Shown here: positions 46,909 through 53,184 of the stretch, piece after piece
How the letters are laid out: each line of letters opens with the position of its first letter
Position numbering within the stretch: the stretch's first letter is position 1
Source of the DNA: a virus
Lineage: Duplodnaviria > Caudoviricetes
Reading direction: 5' to 3' (one strand)
DNA: 53,184 bases
IMG/VR virus record: IMGVR_UViG_3300043570_000610
Span: 1 to 53,184 of that record
The notes under the pieces: generated by a model
Seen by the model: only the letters and a program-made list of their open reading frames with translations
Database searches by the model: none
What the model was told of the DNA's origin: nothing
Program-made: the position numbers and the translations under genes

Positions 46909-47865
46909 TTATATCTTTTCTTTGCTTATCATAAAATCTGTTCCACAAAAGCAAAGTTTCTGGTTACAAATAACTCCCTTGGTTGGAAGTTGGTAATCCG
47001 CATGGTCGTTGATATGAAACATATATCCGCCCTGAAGACAATTCGCAACCTGGACATGTCCAGACCAAGAGACAAACAAACTTTCCAATCCTGCTGCACA
47101 ATACCATCCAGCAAACTTATTATCACCTTCAGTAATATATTTATTTGACTGTCCATTATATTCTACCGAACCATCGTCGAAATAAAAGTCAGACATCATG
47201 GACGAGTATTTGAAGTTTGGATTTACAATCGACGGATCATAATTCATTTCTTTTCTTGGAATTGACATTAGAATACTTTCCTGCTCGGGCGTATAGGTTT
47301 CTCCAACGTTTGTTGCTCTCGCTTGTTCAGGAAGAACTCTTACTGCTTCTACTGCAATCTCAGGAATTTCACAACAACGTTGATACATTTCATATGCTTT
47401 GTCCCAATATCTAGAATCCATCATGATTCTAACAGTTACTAAAGTTTGCTTTGATGCAACCTTTACCTTCTCTAAAAATTCTGGGTCTTCATAACTTGGA
47501 TGATAACTAAAGCATATATAACTAAATTTTTGGGCAATTTTTTCCCAATATTTTATAGGTTTTACACCATTTGTAGTTAAACCAATAGTATTATTCTTAC
47601 TCGTATAGAAAATGTCTACCAATTCTTTAAAGAACGGACTCAGTGTCGGTTCACCGCCGCTGATAGTGCAATGTATCTTTGGGTAGTGGTCAATGAGTCG
47701 ATAGATAAATTCTTTTGCACGCTCCCATTCATAGTGGTGATTCTTACCAGAATTCAATATTGGTGGACAATACGCGCAACGATTATTACAAATATTATTA
47801 ATAATCCACGTAAGCAACATTACATTTTCTGTTTGCTGTATTTTTATTAATTTCTTATCCATCAT
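46909..47865 (-). CDS. Radical SAM enzyme
   Basis: CNNRCAYC, SGGEPT, TTNG and C-terminal Cys cluster (C.AG...C...C....C.C). Confidence 0.9.
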   Translation of the reverse strand: MMDKKLIKIQQTENVMLLTWIINNICNNRCAYCPPILNSGKNHHYEWERAKEFIYRLIDHYPKIHCTISGGEPTLSPFFKELVDIFYTSKNNTIGLTTNGVKPIKYWEKIAQKFSYICFSYHPSYEDPEFLEKVKVASKQTLVTVRIMMDSRYWDKAYEMYQRCCEIPEIAVEAVRVLPEQARATNVGETYTPEQESILMSIPRKEMNYDPSIVNPNFKYSSMMSDFYFDDGSVEYNGQSNKYITEGDNKFAGWYCAAGLESLFVSWSGHVQVANCLQGGYMFHINDHADYQLPTKGVICNQKLCFCGTDFMISKEKI

Positions 47866-48809
47866 AAAAATTCAATTTCTTTTAGTTCTACGAAAGTGCT
47901 AAACACATGTTCATCCCAATGTCGCTTTACGCTTCCTGCTTTTACACTGTAATCCGCAATTGTTCCGCCGTAGCGAGATATAAAATATTCATCGATTATA
48001 ATTTTTCCAAGTTTAAATCTACCATAAGTCAGTTTATTCAGATCGTCAATGGGAACTTTCTTTTGTAGATTCTCTGGTAACTCAGAATACATCTTTTCCA
48101 GTTGTCTTATTTCCCAACCATCACTATCTGGACCAAAATTAATCCAAGTTTCTGCTGCGAATCTTTCCTGGGGTCTTACTTGTTCACGTTCGATTACTTC
48201 TAAGTCTTTGTCGGCGACAACCTTCATCCAATCTTTACCAAGGGTGTTATAACCAAGATAAACTTCTCCCCACTGTAGCGTTGGTGTTAACCATAGTTTA
48301 TCGCGCTCGAGGATAGGAAGATGCAATCCTTGTGGATAATAATCATAAAGAAGTGCCATATTCGGAAAGTCGCCCTTCTTGATGTATAGCAAATCTTCAT
48401 GAAGGTGGATAAGTTCGTTCAGTTCCAAAAAGTCTTCGTGCAACTCTTGCGACCACCAATTGGCCGTTTGCATCAAATCCTCAAATCTATCGCCATACCG
48501 CTCAAACTCTTCATGCAAATAATTGAGTTCAGGTGTAGTAAGTTCTTCGATTTCTTCATACAATGGTAGCGGTTCATCGTAAACAGAATTAATTCTGTTG
48601 AGACAATCAGTCAGTCTAGTTCTAACTTTAGAAATCTGACTATAGGAGAGATTAGTGAATCGAGTATTAATGTAAGAATCAGGAGTTTGTTGGTTTTTCT
48701 TTGTAATCTCGACCCATCGATTAACAAGATCCGTGGGATACAATGCAAAATGCAATTCGTGTTCTTTACCACAATCATCTAGGAAAACCAGTCTCAAGAG
48801 TGTTGCCAT
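47862..48809 (-). CDS. Hypothetical protein in the radical SAM cluster
   Basis: 315-aa ORF; LNYLHEEFE, LNELIH..E and YLGYNTLGK. Confidence 0.6.
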   Translation of the reverse strand: MATLLRLVFLDDCGKEHELHFALYPTDLVNRWVEITKKNQQTPDSYINTRFTNLSYSQISKVRTRLTDCLNRINSVYDEPLPLYEEIEELTTPELNYLHEEFERYGDRFEDLMQTANWWSQELHEDFLELNELIHLHEDLLYIKKGDFPNMALLYDYYPQGLHLPILERDKLWLTPTLQWGEVYLGYNTLGKDWMKVVADKDLEVIEREQVRPQERFAAETWINFGPDSDGWEIRQLEKMYSELPENLQKKVPIDDLNKLTYGRFKLGKIIIDEYFISRYGGTIADYSVKAGSVKRHWDEHVFSTFVELKEIEFL

Positions 48810-48810
48810 A

Positions 48811-50073
48811 TTAAATACCTTTCAATAATTTGTAGTAATCACCATATACTTCTGAAAATTTAATCGGACGCATCAGTTCTAGTGTATCGATGTAATTCAT
48901 CAAATCGGGGAACTTGTCGGAATCATCTCTACTGGTCATATATTCAAACTGATATTTAATTCTATTAATCCATCGCGGATGATTAACCAGATCAGGATAT
49001 TCTTCCCACCTCTTGTTAATAATCTCTTTAACGTTCCGCGGTAAAACTGTTGTGCTAAGATATTGGGGCCAATGAGTAGTACCTACGGAAAATAGTCCCT
49101 CGTTGCGTTTGCAGATTTTTTTCCATTTACGATCTATAATTGCTTGTGCAAAATCAGGTAGATTGTAGATGTTCATTGCGTGAACAGTAGCAAGAATATT
49201 AACAACGATATTATCTGCCGTTTCGTCTAACCGATCAAGATTCTTTGAGATTACTTCCCATGATGCTGGCCAACGAACAAACTCGTTTCTAGATCCCCAA
49301 TCATCAAGACTTACCATCAATTCAACTAATTTGAATTGACTCCAGAGATCAATAAACTTTTCGCTTAGTTGAGTTCCGTTTGTATGATAGCGCAGTTCAA
49401 TATTCTTACTATGACCGCTTTCTACAAGTTTTGTGATGAAACGTTCATGCCCCTTGATTAGTAGAGGTTCTCCCCCACCAAAAATAATGTGGCGAATATC
49501 ACCCATAAACTCATCTAGTGCGTCTTGGGTTTCTAGTTTCTCAAACCAGTCAAAACAATCGGTATTAGCAATACTTTTTGATTTAAAATCCCAATCACTT
49601 TTTGCACCAGGACTAGTCAGGGTTTGTGCAAGTTTCTTACTATCATTCAACCACTTACTGCTATCACGAGGACGACACATAACACATTGAAGATTGCATG
49701 TATTACCAATGCGCAAATCCAAAGTAATTGGGTTAAAGTCTACGCTACCATCTGGATTTGTAAGAGAGATTATGCGATTAATTTTTTCTGCGCCCAACTT
49801 GCGCTTCCACATATCATTCTCGATTACACGGTGACTCTTGATTCCACTTGCTTCTTCTTTCCAACAAGCATTGCATTGAGGAGGTTGTTCTCCGTTGATA
49901 AACTTCAGTCTTGCCCGTTTAAACTGCTCACTGTTCCAAATTTCTTGGGGAGTTGAGTCATTGAAGTTTAAATTTGCCTCAGGTGAAGCAACACAGCAAA
50001 GTGGAACCTTGCCGTCATTCCAACTTGCAAGATGTATCCATGGCTGGATACAGAAATTTTTATTATCAATCAT
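48811..50073 (-). CDS. Radical SAM enzyme with N-terminal twitch/SPASM-like Cys domain
   Basis: FCIQPW...LCC...C..CW..E, GNTCNLQCVMC, GGGEPL and YHTNGT. Confidence 0.9.
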   Translation of the reverse strand: MIDNKNFCIQPWIHLASWNDGKVPLCCVASPEANLNFNDSTPQEIWNSEQFKRARLKFINGEQPPQCNACWKEEASGIKSHRVIENDMWKRKLGAEKINRIISLTNPDGSVDFNPITLDLRIGNTCNLQCVMCRPRDSSKWLNDSKKLAQTLTSPGAKSDWDFKSKSIANTDCFDWFEKLETQDALDEFMGDIRHIIFGGGEPLLIKGHERFITKLVESGHSKNIELRYHTNGTQLSEKFIDLWSQFKLVELMVSLDDWGSRNEFVRWPASWEVISKNLDRLDETADNIVVNILATVHAMNIYNLPDFAQAIIDRKWKKICKRNEGLFSVGTTHWPQYLSTTVLPRNVKEIINKRWEEYPDLVNHPRWINRIKYQFEYMTSRDDSDKFPDLMNYIDTLELMRPIKFSEVYGDYYKLLKGI

Positions 50074-51355
50074 ATAATTTTGCCAAACGTGTATCTAAAA
50101 CTGATATACTTTCTTTGCGCTCTTCATCAAGTGCGTTAGTATATATACGAAATCTATTTACCATAATTTCCCAATCTTTAAGACGAGAATTCTTAAAAAA
50201 CCCTACGATGCCTTGAAGAGAATTTTTAGTCATTTCATTCTGAATGGTATTTACTTCACAATAATCTTCAATGAGTTCCACAGCTTCTTTGCGTAAATCG
50301 TCGGGTAAGATTAATGCGCTTAGATGCACCGGGTGATGGTTGATTAGAAAATCAATAAAAATATCCTTAGAATATTTCTCACGTAAATCGTCTACCCAAG
50401 TAAGGATATTTACAACATCAAATGCATTGTATACTTGAATTGTTGGCGTGATACCAAGATGAACATTTGACATTTGTGCAAATTTTTCAATATTCTTAGA
50501 AACTTGCGACCATTTACTTGGCGCTCTAATATACTCGGTCACTGCCCCAATACCATCAATGCTGGCATTAATATTAACGGCATCAAATTGTGAGATTAGT
50601 TCAAAGAACTTTGGATTAATATTTGTGCAATTAGTATTAAAGAATAGAGTTATATCTCTGCGACCCTGACGAATGCACTCTTCCATAAACTTATAGTTAT
50701 TTTTAATTAGAGTGGGTTCGCCACCTGTCATGTAAACTTTTTTCAATGTTGGAATCAGCGAAATAACTTGATCCCAAAGAATATTGTGATCAAACCAAGG
50801 TTGGTCCTCCATAACTTTTTCTGGGAATTTACCAAAGGTCTTTTGCCACACATCAGCATAATCGGGTCGGCGAGTAACTAAATCAGTATGCTCTTTTACG
50901 ATCTGACTGCTATTCCAGGGGTTACACATTCTACACTTTAAATTACACAAATTACCTAAACGCAGGTCGAGATATACGGGAGCAGTTTCAACAAACCCAT
51001 CTGCTTCTCCTGCAGATTCAATAATCTGCTTCAGTTCTTCTGTGCCAAGACGTTGTGACCATTCCCGCAAACTATGCTGGCGATTACTCATCTTATTATC
51101 GTCTTCTTGCTGATAACAAACTGCACATCCAGGAATAGATTCAGCATTAATCATTTTTCTTCGAATATCTCGAATACTTTCTGAGTTCCAAGCATCTTCA
51201 ATAAAATTATCTCGACATGTATATGCCTCACCTGTATCTTTTGAAACAACATTTGCACGACCTTTGACCATACAACAATACCGCACAGTAGTGTCTGTGT
51301 TAATCATTGTGCTTACAAAAGGTATTGCGCACATACTTTTATTATTTTCGAACAT
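50066..51355 (-). CDS. Radical SAM enzyme with N-terminal twitch/SPASM-like Cys domain
   Basis: CAIPF...YCC...C..CY..E, GNLCNLKCRMC, TGGEPT and ASIDG; paralog of the previous ORF. Confidence 0.9.
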   Translation of the reverse strand: MFENNKSMCAIPFVSTMINTDTTVRYCCMVKGRANVVSKDTGEAYTCRDNFIEDAWNSESIRDIRRKMINAESIPGCAVCYQQEDDNKMSNRQHSLREWSQRLGTEELKQIIESAGEADGFVETAPVYLDLRLGNLCNLKCRMCNPWNSSQIVKEHTDLVTRRPDYADVWQKTFGKFPEKVMEDQPWFDHNILWDQVISLIPTLKKVYMTGGEPTLIKNNYKFMEECIRQGRRDITLFFNTNCTNINPKFFELISQFDAVNINASIDGIGAVTEYIRAPSKWSQVSKNIEKFAQMSNVHLGITPTIQVYNAFDVVNILTWVDDLREKYSKDIFIDFLINHHPVHLSALILPDDLRKEAVELIEDYCEVNTIQNEMTKNSLQGIVGFFKNSRLKDWEIMVNRFRIYTNALDEERKESISVLDTRLAKLYD

Positions 51356-51395
51356 GGTGGTTCCGATTAGTTGATAAATTGTTCAAAGTCTCTAT

Positions 51396-51980
51396 TCATT
51401 TATAACCCACTGCCATGTATCTATAAAAATGTCCACATTTCAACATTCCTGCATACTGTGGTTCTTTGATATTGTTGATTGTCAAAAAATGTGCTAGATC
51501 ATCAGCAAGACGAACATGCTCAGGATTAACTAGATTATTTCCTTGGACGATATATTTAGTACCACTAGGAATAGAGTTCCACCAAGCATCATAAACTTCT
51601 TGCGTCACATGCTCGGAACTGGTGTTGATAACTAGATCAGGGTGTGGATGATTGAGTGGCATACCATTTTGCATGTTGTGCTGACGAAATGTGATATCGT
51701 GATAATACTCATCGATAGCAGCAAACACCTTCTTACATTCAGAGTCCATGTCAGTAGTTAGTATTCGTGCATCAGGAAACTTGTGGGCAATAAACTGCGC
51801 AAGAACTCCATACCATCCACCAAAAATTACGATAGATCTATCAAGAGGAGTTACATGTTCCAGTAACCATTTCTTACTCTCTATCTGACTTGGCCAAAAG
51901 TTCTCAGAGAATCTGTATGCATTCTCTGGATTATTACGGATGTATTCCATCCAATTCATTACAACATCAAAATTAACCAC
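51396..51980 (-). CDS. SAM-dependent methyltransferase-like protein
   Basis: SQIESKKWL, IFGGWYG, DLVINTSSEH and RYMAVG; start estimated at GTG 51980. Confidence 0.6.
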   Translation of the reverse strand: MVNFDVVMNWMEYIRNNPENAYRFSENFWPSQIESKKWLLEHVTPLDRSIVIFGGWYGVLAQFIAHKFPDARILTTDMDSECKKVFAAIDEYYHDITFRQHNMQNGMPLNHPHPDLVINTSSEHVTQEVYDAWWNSIPSGTKYIVQGNNLVNPEHVRLADDLAHFLTINNIKEPQYAGMLKCGHFYRYMAVGYK

Positions 51981-52374
51981 GGCGCATTTTCGCAATCTCC
52001 AAAATTTGTTCGTCATTGATAACAGGTACAGCATTACTCTTATGTAGAACGCTGATACCCTTAATAAGTGTGCCCGTATAGACTTTTTCTTTACGAGTAT
52101 AGTTTACACCAATACCATCTCCAGAAGGATATTTTTGTCGATGGTCACTGACTTCATATTTAGGTAGAGGTGTGCCACGCAAGTTAGGTTTAAATCTACC
52201 TTGCCGATATTGCACATACTCGTCAAAGGTCTTAGTCGAAGAACCAAGGCGTTTCATCTGCTTATTGTAATCTACCCAATCTTGCGCATATCTACTAGTC
52301 ACGCCTTTGTTTGTAGTTTTGCGCTTTTTAGTATTTGTCGTAGTGTAAGCTGGACCCAACAAATGCATAGTCAT
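51973..52374 (-). CDS. Conserved T4-like hypothetical protein
   Basis: YTGTLIKGI..LHKSNAVPV motif; SD AAGGAG before ATG 52374. Confidence 0.65.
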   Translation of the reverse strand: MTMHLLGPAYTTTNTKKRKTTNKGVTSRYAQDWVDYNKQMKRLGSSTKTFDEYVQYRQGRFKPNLRGTPLPKYEVSDHRQKYPSGDGIGVNYTRKEKVYTGTLIKGISVLHKSNAVPVINDEQILEIAKMRRG

Positions 52375-52395
52375 AACAATCTCCTTATGACTTTC

Positions 52396-52466
52396 ACAAT
52401 ACAACATATTTGTTTTAATGTCAATAGAAAAAACCGCTTGACTTTTGGTAGCGAATCGTCTATAAC
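52396..52466. promoter_or_regulatory. Back-to-back sigma70-type promoters
   Basis: Minus strand: TTGACA(52424)-N17-TATTGT. Plus strand: TTGACT(52438)-N17-TATAAC. Confidence 0.7.
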
Positions 52467-52491
52467 TATAATGTAAACAATGAGGTGTGTG

Positions 52492-52683
52492 ATGATTCTT
52501 GAAATATCTAGAAATGAAGAAATCCTACTTAAAGAGTTGGGTGTTGCATGGAACGGCTGGCAGTATGAACATGCCGAGTTTCTCGAAATTAATTTTGAAC
52601 TCGAAGCGAATGGTATTCCTACATATTCGTCTTTTGAAGAGTATCTTGAAGGCCGTGTGGCATATAAAAGGAAGGTTGCATAA
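52492..52683 (+). CDS. Small hypothetical protein
   Basis: SD GAGGTG before ATG 52492, downstream of the plus-strand promoter. Confidence 0.6.
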   Translation: MILEISRNEEILLKELGVAWNGWQYEHAEFLEINFELEANGIPTYSSFEEYLEGRVAYKRKVA

Positions 52684-52820
52684 TGAACCCCGAAGAACTA
52701 GAGCAACACTTCCGTCAGATGGAGAAGGAACTATTCGAACAAGAAGTTACTTCGAAGTCGCCCGATACACGCCGTCCCAATCTTTCGGAGGTGATACCTG
52801 AAACTCTTCAATACGGCTAA
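52683..52820 (+). CDS. Possible 45-aa protein
   Basis: TAATG coupling to the previous gene (MNPEELEQHFRQMEKELFEQ...), but it overlaps the cyclase 3' end on the opposite strand. Confidence 0.35.
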   Translation: MNPEELEQHFRQMEKELFEQEVTSKSPDTRRPNLSEVIPETLQYG

Positions 52821-53184
52821 TCATCGAGTCGTAATAATCAGATAGATTACCTTGCCAGCACTTCTTTAAGTCGCTGGCAAATTTTTTGGCAACTTCCCAA
52901 TTACCTTCGCGATAAAATGTAAGGAACTTCTCATGTTGTTTCTCGCCTGGATGGTCAAAGGTTTCCAAAACTGTAAAAATCTTAGCTGGCAGGGTCTTAC
53001 CTTTAACTGCAATCAAATCAAGTTCAACTACTTGGTATACATCCCTAACCAGTTCGGCCGTTTGTGGTCCGACGATGAGTTTGACGCCATAAGACTTGGT
53101 TTGACCTTCCAGACGAGCAGCCAGATTAACGCCATCCCCCAAGCAAGTATAGTCAAAACGCTGAGTGCTGCCCATATTACCAAC
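52747..53184 (-). CDS. Class III adenylate/guanylate cyclase, C-terminal part (5' truncated)
   Basis: VGNMGSTQRFDYTCLGDGVNLAARLEG, VKGK and C-terminal WDGVY..TSK. Confidence 0.9.
   Translation of the reverse strand, partial: VGNMGSTQRFDYTCLGDGVNLAARLEGQTKSYGVKLIVGPQTAELVRDVYQVVELDLIAVKGKTLPAKIFTVLETFDHPGEKQHEKFLTFYREGNWEVAKKFASDLKKCWQGNLSDYYDSMISRIEEFQVSPPKDWDGVYRATSK

Overview
This window is a 53 kb segment of a large T4-like (Tevenvirinae-type) myophage genome. The host is most likely an alphaproteobacterium, inferred from a circularly permuted tmRNA with an ANDN...ALAA tag. Left to right: (i) 1-6 kb, an accessory enzyme island with four tandem paralogous DxD glycosyltransferases, a methyltransferase-like gene and a coiled-coil protein, converging on a fifth glycosyltransferase and a 2OG-Fe(II) oxygenase that sit at the end of the tail operon; (ii) 6-37 kb, the tail/baseplate module (a fibre with GxRTY repeats, a 2066-aa virion protein, gp8, gp7, gp6, gp25, a gp5 locus split into three in-frame ORFs, hub, gp53, gp48, gp4, gp2, gp54, gp26/gp51 with a probable -1 frameshift, tape measure); (iii) 37-43 kb, gp32, gp59, gp33, a DNA methyltransferase, a SleB hydrolase, the two-piece tmRNA, an exonuclease, PhoH behind a structured leader, and a DenV-like glycosylase; (iv) 43-53 kb, a biosynthetic-type cluster (carbamoyltransferase, a 34-aa peptide, an AspH-like oxygenase, three radical SAM enzymes, a methyltransferase) and the 3' end of a class III nucleotidyl cyclase. 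All protein calls come from motif recognition and gene order, not from database searches.
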